A stretch of DNA of 27,996 bases from Octopus sinensis (GCF_006345805.1 NW_021827544.1:1-27996); one strand, 5' to 3'. Counted from the first letter of the stretch, positions 10,216 to 20,894 are shown. Numbers and translations are program-made. Notes: a model not told the origin generated them from the sequence alone.

Positions 10216-10558
10216 GGTGAAGACACATGGTTCAGTGGTTAGAGCGGCGAGCTGACAATCATGAGACAGCGAGTTCAATTCCTGGACCGAGCTGCGTGTT
10301 GTGCTCTTGAGCAAGACACTTTACTTCACGTTCTTTATTTCACGTTCACTCAGCTGTAGAAATTCGTTGCGATGTCACTTGTGCCAAGCTGTATCGGCCT
10401 TTGTCTTTCTCTTGGATAACATCAGTGGCATGTAGAGAGGAAGGTGGAATGCACGGGCGATTGTTCGTCTTCCATAAACAACCTTGCCCGGACTTGTGCC
10501 TCGGAAGGTAACTTTCTGGGTTCAATCTCATAGTTATTTATGACCAAAAGGGGTCTTT
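10216..10558 (+). mobile_element. tRNA-derived SINE, family C
   Basis: A-box-like tggttcagtggttagag and B-box-like gagttcaattcc. Body and tail homologous to 25451-25710. Confidence 0.88.
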
Positions 10559-10925
10559 AGTATTATTACTACCATAATGAATCCATAAACACATATAAAA
10601 CATTCAAGGTAATATTTATTTTCTTTCCCTCTGACGATATTATCCTCAGGTCATATGAATTTAATATTTAATTCGATTCACTAAGTATTAATTGAAACAG
10701 CTGTAAGGGATGAGGATTGATTAGTTGTTAATAATAAAAAAAATCATTTATCTTCCCAATCTCCATCTTCTTTTTTCTTCTTTAAATGAATTTAAACAAT
10801 AAGTTCTTCTTTTTATATATATACCTATTATTTTAAGGAAATTAATTCCCAAAAAATATTAGTTATTCAACCGGTATTTCCTTGGATGAAACAATCCCTT
10901 CATGAGGTTAACACAACCTCTAATC

Positions 10926-10953
10926 GTATATATATACATATATATACACATAC

Positions 10954-11008
<55 letters not shown>

Positions 11009-11010
11009 AA

Positions 11011-11056
<46 letters not shown>

Positions 11057-11085
11057 GAGAGAGAGAGAGAGAAACGCACACACAC
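10926..11085. repeat. (TA)n(GA)n(CA)n compound microsatellite
   Basis: Directly visible. Confidence 0.95.
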
Positions 11086-11289
11086 ACTCAGTTACGTAGA
11101 AACACGCACAATATATATGTTTTTATGTCAAGTTATATATGAGAGCAATTTTGCAATAAACTGAAGGACGACTCAGTGCTCTTACTACAGTGTATGCTTC
11201 GAAGTCACTGTCACCTCTATTGTTGCAAAATTTTAATACATGCATATATACATACCTGCGTGTTTATGTGTGTGTGTGTTAGTGATTGT

Positions 11290-11481
11290 GTGGCTGTGTG
11301 GTAATAATTTTGCTACCACATGGTTCCGCTGACTCTTTCGCCACAACTTCCTCTCACTCTTTCCTCCTGCACCTTGCAGCTCACCTGCGACGAACCGGCG
11401 TCCCGTCCAGGTGGGGAACTTATAGGCCAAGGAAACCGGGAAACCGGCTCTTATGAGCCAGGCATGGCTCAAGAAGGAACA
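11290..11481 (+). mobile_element. Chimera: family A head (11290-11327) joined to family B1 3' half (11328-11481)
   Basis: gtggctgtgtggtaa...accacatggttcc matches the A head, and gctgactctttcgccacaac...gcatggctcaagaaggaaca matches 6946-7096. Confidence 0.75.
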
Positions 11482-11588
11482 TACTAAATTGGTGGTTATA
11501 AGCGCAAACACCCTATACATGCTGCATTTGGTTGATGTTTCACTCAGCTTTAGTGCAATGCTAAAAATATATCTGGAGACGTGTGACG

Positions 11589-11915
11589 TAGGAGCGGCTC
11601 TGTGGTAACAAGCTTCCTTCCCTACCATATGGTTCCGGGTTACGTCGCACTGCGTGGCACCTTGAGCAAATATTTTCTTCTATAGCCTTGGGTCGACCAA
11701 AGTCTTGAGAGTGGATTTGCTAGACGAAAACTGAAAGAAACCTGTTGTATGTGTGTGTATGTGTTTTTGTGTATGTATTTATCCCCAGCTACCGTTTTAC
11801 AACCGGTGTTGGTGTATTTTCTTGTATGTTGGTGTATGTATCTTTCATATATGCATACATATACACACACATATATAGAATATACATTATAATATAATAT
11901 AATATATATATTATG

Positions 11916-11970
<55 letters not shown>

Positions 11971-12115
11971 CCCCGTAACTTAACGGTTTATGGTGTGTTT
12001 ATGTCTCCGTAACTAAAAAAAAATAAATACTGCGGCCAATTCATTCAACAAAATTAAATACTTCCAAGCGCTGCCCCCCGCGTGACCGTTATCTTCTAAT
12101 GACTAAAACAAGAAA
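11589..12115 (+). mobile_element. Decayed SINE family A interrupted by (TA)n (about 11840-11967)
   Basis: Head, CORE-like segment, middle and degenerate tail (taatgactaaaacaagaaaa) are co-linear with 22528-22945. Confidence 0.75.
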
Positions 12116-12459
12116 AACCTGTAATAAGCGACGTTGACAAGACCCGATCCAGTATATGAAACTTCTCCGCAATACCTATGCTGTAGTAATGAAGACGAAA
12201 CTAACGTTCACACGAGAGGAAGGATTACATGACGTGACTGCTTCTACACAACTATTTACTGTGACAACAACAACATAGACAACACCATAAACATTAATAG
12301 TCGCAATAACAACGTCATCATCAAAATTGATTTCCAAATATTAATAATAGTTGTCAACCATAGCGTGTTGTGTTTTAGAATAATCATATTGTTCTTTGTT
12401 TGTTGTTTGTGTGTTTTTGATGGGCTTTGTTTTGCTTTTTCTTCATAGAATTTAAAAAT

Positions 12460-12841
12460 ATAAATATTTATATATCAAACATATACATACATATATATAA
12501 ATATGTTTCATATATGCATACATATATACACACACGTATATAAAATATACATGATGTATATACCTACATATATATATAATCTAATATATATATATCATTT
12601 ATATATGTGTGTGTGTGCGCGCGCTTGCGTGTACGTATGCATATATGTATGTATGTTCATGTACGTGTAAGTATATACAGATATGCATATATCTGAATGC
12701 GTGTATATATATATATACATATATATATATACACATATAACATATACATATATATATTTACATACATATATGTAGATATATATACACACATGTATATATG
12801 CATTCATATGACGTACATGTATAAATATGTATATTGTGTTT

Positions 12842-12902
<61 letters not shown>

Positions 12903-13033
12903 CATATATATACAGATATATATATACATAATATATTTACGTACCTAAGTGTACATACATATATATACATATGCATATACATTTACATACATGTATACAC
13001 CACAATAAATACATATATACATGCATACTATAT

Positions 13034-13089
<56 letters not shown>

Positions 13090-13150
13090 AAACTTTTTTG
13101 ATTATCTACTACAAGATTATTCATCTTTCTATTCACATAATTATTATATA

Positions 13151-13181
<31 letters not shown>

Positions 13182-13201
13182 ATATACTATATATATATAT
13201 T

Positions 13202-13241
<40 letters not shown>

Positions 13242-13290
13242 TAGCATATATATATACATACATAGACATATAGACACATATATATAGACA
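12460..13290. repeat. TA/CA-rich low-complexity and microsatellite region
   Basis: Directly visible. Confidence 0.95.
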
Positions 13291-13669
13291 TAAAATACAT
13301 ATTGCTTAAAATAAGGGCGATGGCGTCTTATGTAATTCAACTGTTATCATGTTTATTTATTTTCCTCCTCTCTTTTCTTTAATAAACAAATTATCGATGG
13401 CCACGCTGTACTAACCTTTCTATCGAAGTTACTCTAAAATCAATAAACTTGAAGGCTATAAAAATGATCGCCACTTAAGCGACTTCAAGTTATTGTTTGT
13501 TTTTTATTCTTTTTCTTTTCTATTATTATATTTTTATTTTATTTCATTTTATTTTGTTTCAGGAAAGTTTTCTTTCTTATTTGCCTCAAATAATTATTCC
13601 CTAACAAGTTTTACAAATAAATAAACAAATGGAAATAATACCGAATTTCTATGAGATATCCTCGGCGCT

Positions 13670-13712
13670 TTATTATTATTATTATTATTTATTATTATTA
13701 TTATTATTATTA

Positions 13713-13799
<87 letters not shown>

Positions 13800-13884
13800 A
13801 TTATCATTATTAATATTACTATTCTTCTTCCTCTTATTATTATTATTACTATTCTTATTCTTCTTCTTCTTATTATTATTATTC

Positions 13885-13916
<32 letters not shown>

Positions 13917-14029
13917 GATTGATTGATTCTAGTTTCAGCTCACGAGCTGTGGCCATGCTGGGGCACCGCCATTATTGTTATTAATATTATTATTATTATT
14001 ATTATTAATATTATTATTATTATTATTAA

Positions 14030-14092
<63 letters not shown>

Positions 14093-14644
14093 ATCATCAT
14101 TATTACTGCTATTACTCTTATCATCATCATCACATCATCATCATTACCATTATTGTTATTATTAATATTAATTATTATTATCATTATTATTATTATTATT
14201 AATATTATTATATTTTATTATTATTATTATTAATATTATTATTATTATTACTAATTGTTATTATTATTAATATTATTATTATTATTATATTATAATTATT
14301 AATATTATTATAATATTATTATTGTTATTTTATTTTTATTTTTATTTTTTATTATTTTTTATTATTATTATTTTAATATTATTATTATTATTCTAATAGT
14401 GTTATTATTATTAATATTATTATTATTATTAATATGATAATTATTAATATTATTATTATATTTTTATTTTTTTTTTTATTTTTATTTTTATTATTATTAT
14501 TATTATTATTATTTATCTTATATCATCATTATTATCATTATTTATTTATTATCATCATCATTATTATTATTATTATTATTAATATTATCATTATTATTAT
14601 TATTATTATTATTACTATTCTTATTCTTATTCTTATTCTTATTC

Positions 14645-14684
<40 letters not shown>

Positions 14685-14710
14685 CATCATCATCATCATC
14701 ATTATTATTT
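13670..14710. repeat. (TAT)n trinucleotide array
   Basis: Directly visible, about 1 kb. Confidence 0.97.
13929..13970 (-). mobile_element. 42-bp retroelement 3'-tail fragment related to the family A tail, inside (AAT)n
   Basis: Minus strand ggcggtgccccagcatggccacagctcgtgagctgaaactag resembles the A tail ggcggtgctccagcatggccgcagtc...ctgaaac. Confidence 0.7.
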
Positions 14711-15317
14711 TATACCCATACTTTCACCCATATTTTTTTTAAATAAAAAAAAATCTATTTTCCCCCAAAAAATTTTCTTTGCTCTTTCTGATTTCTTTCT
14801 CACTTTATTGCACATCCTCGGTAAAAATTTGTTGAAATTTTTTTTTACTTGTTATTCTTCTTTATTTTCCTTTTTTTTCTTTCTTTCTTTCTGTCCTTTT
14901 TTTTTCTTCTTCTTCTTATAACTGAGTTATAGCATAGGACTCAGAGAGATCAATTATGTTTGATTTTCAATACAGGATTCTTGTGATGGTTCTGATCGAA
15001 GATTCATTTGTTTGCATACTTGCTTTCTTTTGTTGTTGTTTTTGCTTGTTGCTTTTGTTTTGTTTTGTTTTGTTTTTTTACTGTTTTTCTTTTCTGTTTT
15101 TGCAGATTAGGTGAGGCTGATCTATAATGCTGACTTCAAAAACGAAGACAAAGGTCAAACAGTCAAATTCTCTGGCTGCTTGTGAATTCTAAGTTCGTAG
15201 ATTTGTCATCTCCACATCTGGTTTATTATTATTGTTGTTGTTGTTGTTGATGCTGCTGTTTTTGTTGTTGTTGTTGTTGTTGTTATTATTTTTATCATCA
15301 TTATTATTATTATTATT

Positions 15318-15515
15318 GAGTGAGAGAGAGTGCATGCCATCAAAGTGACACTGGGGTGTAATATGTGAAGCCCAGTATACCCATCATGACTACCCGTCTG
15401 ATAAAGGTACACCAGGTACAAGCATCACAACCATATGTGCGCGGCATATTAATCTCATATCAAGATAAACAGCACATGACTTTGCAGGTGGGGCCCATTT
15501 AGAATTTTCTTGGGG
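15318..15515 (-). mobile_element. Retroelement 3' fragment, family F, with (AAT)n tail
   Basis: Homologous to 18837-18976; both begin at the same point directly after (TTA)n. Strand is inferred from the repeat tail. Confidence 0.75.
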
Positions 15516-15603
15516 CCGTGTATAAACATTTGTATCTTTAAGGAAAAGGTTCAAATTATTTTCTTTGCCAGAGAAACAAATAAAACAGAAATATATTCTT
15601 TTC

Positions 15604-16152
15604 TACTCTAGGCACAAGGCCCGAAACATTTGAGGAGGGGGCCAGTCGATTGGTAACTGGTTGGTACTTAATTTATCGACCCCTAAAAGATGAAAGGCAA
15701 AGTCGACCTCGGCGGAATTCAGAACGTAAAGACAGACGAAATACCTATTTCTATTTCTTTACTACCCACAGAGAGGATAAACAAGGACAGACAAACGGAT
15801 TAAGTCGATTATATCGACCCCAGTGCGTAACTGGTACTTATTTAATCGACCCCGAAAGGATGAAAGGCAAAGTCGACCTCGGCGGAATTTGAACTCAGAA
15901 CGTAGCGGCCAACGAAATACCTATTTCTTTATTACCCACAAGGGGCTAAACACAGAGGGGACAAACAAGGACAGACATAGGTATTAAGTCGATTACATCG
16001 ACCCCAGTGCGTAACTGGTACTTAATTTATCGACCCTGAAAGGATGAAAGGCAAAGTCGACCTCGGCGGAATTTGAACTCACAACGTAACGCAGACGAAA
16101 TACCGCTAAGCATTTTGCCCGGCGTGCTAACGTTTCTACCAGCTCACCGCCT
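15604..16152 (-). mobile_element. Nin(Deu)-domain SINE, family D, as a head-to-tail trimer
   Basis: Pol III-like head (B box gagttcaaattcc). The Nin-type domain gccgaggtcgactttgcctttcatcc...gtcgataaattaagtacca occurs three times (anchors 15702, 15872, 16056). Confidence 0.88.
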
Positions 16153-16210
16153 TAAAAGCAGTAATGTATTTTCAAAAGTATCACGATGGTTTCTCAACTT
16201 TTTTTTAATA

Positions 16211-16995
16211 TCCGAAATGGTTTCACAAAAGAGCAGAAGAAATAAGAATTATACAATTCACAGGCGCATTTCGGAATCGTCTGCTGAGATCGAAGAACAA
16301 GTGTGCTGTAATACACTTCAAAATTCTAATTTTACTTGCATGCAAGAAACTTTGCGAAGATAATGCGAGGACAGAAAGCAGAACAAGAAATAAGGGTATA
16401 ATTCTCTCGAATTATACAATTCGCAAGAACATTTTAGAACAGTCTGTTGGGATGGAAGAAACTCTATGTTGTGATAAGCTTCAGCATTCGAATTTTGCTT
16501 TGCATGCAAGGAAGCTTGCGAAGAATATACTAAGAACGCAGAACAAGAAATAAGAGAATGATTCCTTTTTCAAGTTATAGAATTAGCAAGAACATTATGG
16601 AATTTCAACTGAGATCAATGAAAATCTATGCTATGATAAACTTCAGCTTTCTAATTTTACTTCCATCCAAGAAAGCTCCATCGAAGAAAATACTCGGAAA
16701 GGAACTGCAATTAGAAGAAGAATGTGATTCTTCTCCCGAATTTTGCAATTCGCAAAAGCAATTTGGAATGGTTTCCTGATATCGAAGAAAATACATGCTT
16801 CAACTTTTAAACGTTACTTGCATGCAAGGCCGTTTGCGAAGATATTGCTCGGAAAGGAAGCGAAACAAGATATATGAGTAAGATTCCTCTCTTGAATTAT
16901 ATAATTTGCAGGCGCGTTTCGGAATGGTCAACTGAGGCCGAAGAAAATCTATGCCACGATAAACTTCAATTTTTCAAATTTTGTTTTCCGCAGAC
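16211..16995 (+). repeat. ~160-bp tandem repeat (about 5 diverged copies) derived from hAT transposase CDS
   Basis: Anchor ttgcatgcaag or a variant at 16336, 16500, 16661 and 16818. Units translate as ACK..LGKEA.Q.I.KIP..NYTI.RR.SE.S.EIEEN.C.DKLQ.S.F. Confidence 0.85.
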
Positions 16996-17490
16996 ATTAC
17001 CGACGGAGTACAGTTATTGGTATTCATTCGTTTTATTGAAGAAAGTTCAAACAGTAAATCAGTTCTTTGTTGCAAAGAAATGCCCAGAGACTACAAAGGG
17101 TGAAAACATTTTTTTTTAATATTCTAATGAATACTTTGAAAAATGAGAATTGTAATGGATGTTGCGCGTTGGTATTTGTGTATTTGTACCGATGTTGCTC
17201 CCTCTATCGTAGACTCTATGAAAGGGCTTACGACCCGGATGTTATTACAACTCATTGATTTCTAAAGAGAGAGAAACTGGTTGCAAAAATGTTTAGAGTT
17301 GAATTCAGACAAGTTTTAAATCAAGTTATCAAAAAATAATTAATTTTATTTATAAAAAGAGACCATTAAAGACTAGTGTGTTCCGGAAAAATTGTATTGC
17401 CGTGGATAGCAACAAAGAAACACCAAATCAAAATGGAGGCCAAAGTAGCTCTGCCGCGTGCGGGAACTCAGAGAAGCGTTCATTTTTGTC
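16211..17490 (+). pseudogene. Decayed Buster-type hAT transposase (ZBED5/SCAND3-like family)
   Basis: Co-linear motifs across frameshifts: RRISESSAEIEEQV, DITDGVQLLVFIRF, CCKEMP-ETTKGENIF, ICTDVAPSIVDSMKG, DPDVITTH*FLKREKLVAK, EFRQVLNQVIK-IINFI-KKRPLKTSVFRKNC. Confidence 0.9.
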
Positions 17491-17492
17491 AT

Positions 17493-17998
17493 CTTTTCCT
17501 TGTTTCAGTCATTGGACTGCGGCCATGCTGGGGCACCGACTTGAAGGCTTTCAATCAAACAAATTGAAACCAGTACTTATTTTTGAAAAGGCTGGTTCTA
17601 TGTTGTCGGTCTCTTTTGGCGAGCAGCTTCGCAAGAGGAAAATAACGAAACCAACGACGGTTATCAAGTGGAAGAAGGGCATACACAGACACAATAACAC
17701 TCATATACACACACACACACACATACACATACGGATAGAGAGACACAGGCAGAAAGACAGAGACAGACAGACAGACAGATAAGTACATACGTACGTACGT
17801 ACATACACACATACATACATATATACATACATATACGACGGCCTTCCACACAATTCATGTCAACCAAATTCACTCAAAAGGCATTGGTCGACCCGGGGCT
17901 GTAGTATAAAATATTTGGCCAAGATGTAGTGCAGTAGGACTGAACCCGAAATGATGTCACTGCAAAGCTAGCTTCTTAAACACGCAGCCATACTTGCG
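17493..17998 (-). mobile_element. Diverged full-length SINE family A with expanded internal microsatellite
   Basis: Tail, middle and head are co-linear with 21301-21712. It cuts off the hAT remnant. Confidence 0.85.
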
Positions 17999-18040
17999 TG
18001 TATACATAGGTGTATTTATATGTGCTTATATGTATGTATG

Positions 18041-18071
<31 letters not shown>

Positions 18072-18135
18072 ATTTATGTATATGTATGTTTATATGTATA
18101 TGTTTATATATATGTGTGTGTGTATGTGTGTTTGT

Positions 18136-18313
18136 GCGGAGACGGATTCGCGGTCATAGGATCGCGGTTTCGATTCCCAAACCGGGCGTTGTGAGTGTTT
18201 GTTGAGCGAAAACACCTAAAGCTCCACGAGGCTCCAGCAGGGGTGGTGGCGAACGCTGCTGTATTCTTTCACCACAACTTTCTCTGTACTCTTTCTTCCT
18301 GTTTCTGTTGTAC
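18136..18313 (+). mobile_element. SINE family B2, truncated at both ends
   Basis: Matches the reverse complement of about 23247-23425 (ggatcgcggtttcgattccc...cttcctgtttctgttgtac). Confidence 0.85.
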
Positions 18314-18341
18314 TCCAAAGGCAGTTGAGTGCCTAACAACT

Positions 18342-18610
18342 AGTAGTCTATGTAACTAAGTAGTTGAATGATCTCCCTTGGAAGAAAGCATATAGAGTAA
18401 CCTCCCTTTACTAAGTTTCTCGAAGCCCCTGTGTCATGAGACGGGATTCTTAATTATTCAGTAAGCTTAACGTTTCTCTTGGAAGTTTCTAGAATGTCTA
18501 GCGTTCCATTAATAAAAACAGCTTGCTAACCCTGCTCTTCGCTTGTTAGTCTTCTTAGACTTAGAGCCATTCACGTCATTGCTATGTCCGTCTGTTTCTC
18601 TCCGTCAACA
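18342..18610 (+). repeat. LTR-like direct repeat, copy 1
   Basis: About 250 bp co-linear with 19532-19780, roughly 80-85% by eye; contains AATAAA. Confidence 0.75.
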
Positions 18611-18727
18611 ACACCACTAACATTTTTTCAACCTGAAACATTTCAACAAGTTTACATATGGAACATTATTTACATTATTTACATTATTTACATTTGACGG
18701 ATATTTGTCCTCATCTTGTTTGTTGTT

Positions 18728-18773
18728 AACACAACGTTTCGGCTGATATACTTTCCAGCCTTCATCAGGTGTC
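18728..18773 (-). ncRNA. Minimal type I hammerhead ribozyme motif (Penelope-type, dimer-dependent)
   Basis: GACAC CUGAUGA A GGCUG gaaaguauau CAGCC GAAA CG UU GUGUU. Core intact, 5-bp stem II, 5-bp stem I (one G-U), loopless palindromic ACGU stem III, GUU site after 18733. Confidence 0.75.
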
Positions 18774-18836
18774 TTGGGGAAATTTCGAACGAGGGTTCTC
18801 ATTCCTAAGGTATTTTTCGATGTTATTATTATTATT

Positions 18837-18976
18837 GAGTGAGAGAGCAGTTCATGCCATCAAAGTGACACTGGGGTAAAATATACGAAGCCCAATATAC
18901 CCATCATGACTACCCGTCTGATAAGGGTACACCAGGCACATGCATCACAACCATATGTGCGCGACATGGTGATCTC
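18837..18976 (-). mobile_element. Family F 3' fragment nested in the (AAT)n of element G
   Basis: Homologous to 15318-15455 and flanked by (TTA)n on both sides. Confidence 0.8.
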
Positions 18977-19043
<67 letters not shown>

Positions 19044-19067
19044 CATTATTAATAATATTATTATTCA

Positions 19068-19182
19068 GTAGTTTTATTTTTATAGCGTGCTTTCTCTTCA
19101 CTACCGAGCGCAGCTCTGTGTGCCTTGGGTATGTGCTGTGATTTGTTGTGATGCTCGGATGGTTACTATATTGAAAGTGTTC

Positions 19183-19187
<5 letters not shown>
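19068..19187. other. Unassigned 120-bp fragment nested between (TTA)n arrays in element G
   Basis: Complex sequence bounded by (TTA)n. Probably a retroelement piece, but no second copy in the window. Confidence 0.35.
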
Positions 19188-19216
<29 letters not shown>

Positions 19217-19524
19217 CATTATTATTATTATTATTATTACTATCCAGGTCACTGCCTGGAATCGAACTCGGAATCTTGGGGTTAGTAGCCCGCGCTCTTA
19301 ACCACTACGCCACATGCCCGTGGGCATATAGAACTGTATTTACATATGGAAGCTTCAAATCCCAGATTTGTTTATATTTCAACATCCTTTTTCGTCGCAA
19401 GTACTGTAACCAGCTCATTTCGACATCCTGCTTTGTTCAGTGACTGGCTTACACCGTTTTGGCCACCGCAAGTCCAGCTTCTCATGGTCATCTTCACACC
19501 GCCTCAACTTTTGCCTGAGGGGTG

Positions 19525-19789
19525 TGTAGCGGTAGCTAAATAGTTGAATGACCTTCCTTGCAAGAAAGATTAAAGGGTAAACTTCCTTTACTAAGCTTCT
19601 CGAAGTATATGCCATGAAACGAGATTCTTAATTATTCAAGAAGCTTAGCGTTTCTCTTAGAAGTTTCTAGAATGTCAAGCGTTCCATTAATTAAAACAGC
19701 TTGCTAACCCTGTTCTTCGCTTGTTAGTCTTCTTAGGCTTAGAGCCATTCCCATCATTGCTATGTCCGTCTATTTTTCTCTACGCCACA
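19525..19789 (+). repeat. LTR-like direct repeat, copy 2
   Basis: Starts TGTAGCG and ends CGCCACA (6/7 inverted match); preceded by purine run gagggg at 19517-19522. Confidence 0.75.
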
Positions 19790-19904
19790 TGAATGAAAGC
19801 CATCACTTAGCTTGCATAGATTACTTCATTCAACTATTTAGCTACATAGACTACTACAAACTCTACGCGAAACGTTTAGATTTTGTTTTCCATAATTTCC
19901 AGAC

Positions 19905-19980
19905 TTAGGCATGACTGCGTGATTAAGAATTCCACTTTGCAACCACGAGATTTCGTGTTCAGTCCCACTGTACAGCACTT
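19905..19980 (+). mobile_element. Highly decayed family-A-like tRNA head
   Basis: aaccacgagatttcgtgttcagtcccactgtacagcac resembles aaccacatggttccgggttcagtcccactgcgtggcac. Confidence 0.5.
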
Positions 19981-19985
19981 ACTTA

Positions 19986-20292
19986 TTTCTTTATTGCCCA
20001 CAAGGGGCTACACATAGAGGGGACAAACAAGGACTGCCGTCTTATATAATGCATATTTCTTTATTCCTTTATTGCCCACAAGGGGCTAAACATAGAGGGG
20101 ACAAACAATGACAGACAAACGAATTAAGTCGATTACATCGACCCCAGTGCGTAGCTGGTACTTAATTTATCGACTTGGAAAGAATGAAAGACAAAGTCGA
20201 CCTCGTTCGGAATTTCAACTCAGAACGTAACGGCAGACGAAATACCGCTAAGCATTTCCCCCGACGTGCTAACATTTCTGCCAGCTCGCAGC
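19986..20292 (-). mobile_element. Family D SINE monomer (20064-20292) with an extra tail copy (19986-20033)
   Basis: Co-linear with 15924-16152; the tail cccacaaggggcta..catagaggggacaaacaa is present twice. Confidence 0.88.
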
Positions 20293-20599
20293 TTTCGTAC
20301 GGAACTTTCTATTACAGCAGCGAGCTGGCCAGTACGCCTTCTATTACAGCCCCAGGCCGACCAATGCCCCTGAAAAAAATATCTTGATTTTAACTACTAT
20401 ATCTTTCATGCATGCTGGATGGATTTTATCCTATGAACATACAGTTTTAAGTATGTTGTTAACAAATACTTTTAACTAATAAAAATACATCTTTTCGTAT
20501 GTTCTCAACGGTATTTACCCTTTGTAAAGAAAAAAAATCCTTTATATACGGTAACGAGAGCTATTAAGCAACATTTTGGTTTCGTGTTCCTCGCAACAG

Positions 20600-20779
20600 A
20601 TCCTGAATGACAAACCTGATAAACGAAACATGATATTACACGAGCCAACAAGGAAGACTACATCGGTGATGACCGAACCACATCTCTTAAAGCTACTAAG
20701 AGCAGCTCCGGAGATGATATCAGGTTTCAACGGCATTTATCCTAAAACAGTTCCTAACATCCTGTCAGTTGGATCTTAA
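20600..20779 (+). CDS. Candidate coding exon (ILNDKPDKRNMILHEPTRKTT...ILSVGS*), product unknown
   Basis: Pyrimidine-rich acceptor ttttggtttcgtgttcctcgcaacag. Only phase 0 stays open (59 codons plus stop). Non-repetitive sequence; no recognised homology. Confidence 0.3.
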   Translation: MLNDKPDKRNMILHEPTRKTTSVMTEPHLLKLLRAAPEMISGFNGIYPKTVPNILSVGS

Positions 20780-20894
20780 AGTATTAACTGCAAAAAAGAA
20801 AACGGGAAGAGAGAAAGAAAACTCAGGGAAAACTTTCAAGTGGTTGGCATAAATCAATCTAAAACTATGTAGTGGTATGCTTATTTATTTGCCT

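Larger units (their letters stand above)
18664..19338 (-). mobile_element. tRNA-headed SINE-like element (family G) with hammerhead-bearing tail and nested insertions
   Basis: A box TGGCGTAGTGG (19312-19302), B box GTTCGATTC (19267-19259), internal (AAT)n, tail 18822-18664 ending in (AATGTAAAT)3. 13-bp duplication tttacatatggaa at 18651-18663 and 19339-19351. Confidence 0.8.

Noticed and set aside
15604-16995. Periodic repeats as a CRISPR-like array
   Set aside because: Whole units are homologous with no unique spacers; they are explained as a SINE multimer and a transposase-derived tandem repeat in eukaryotic DNA.
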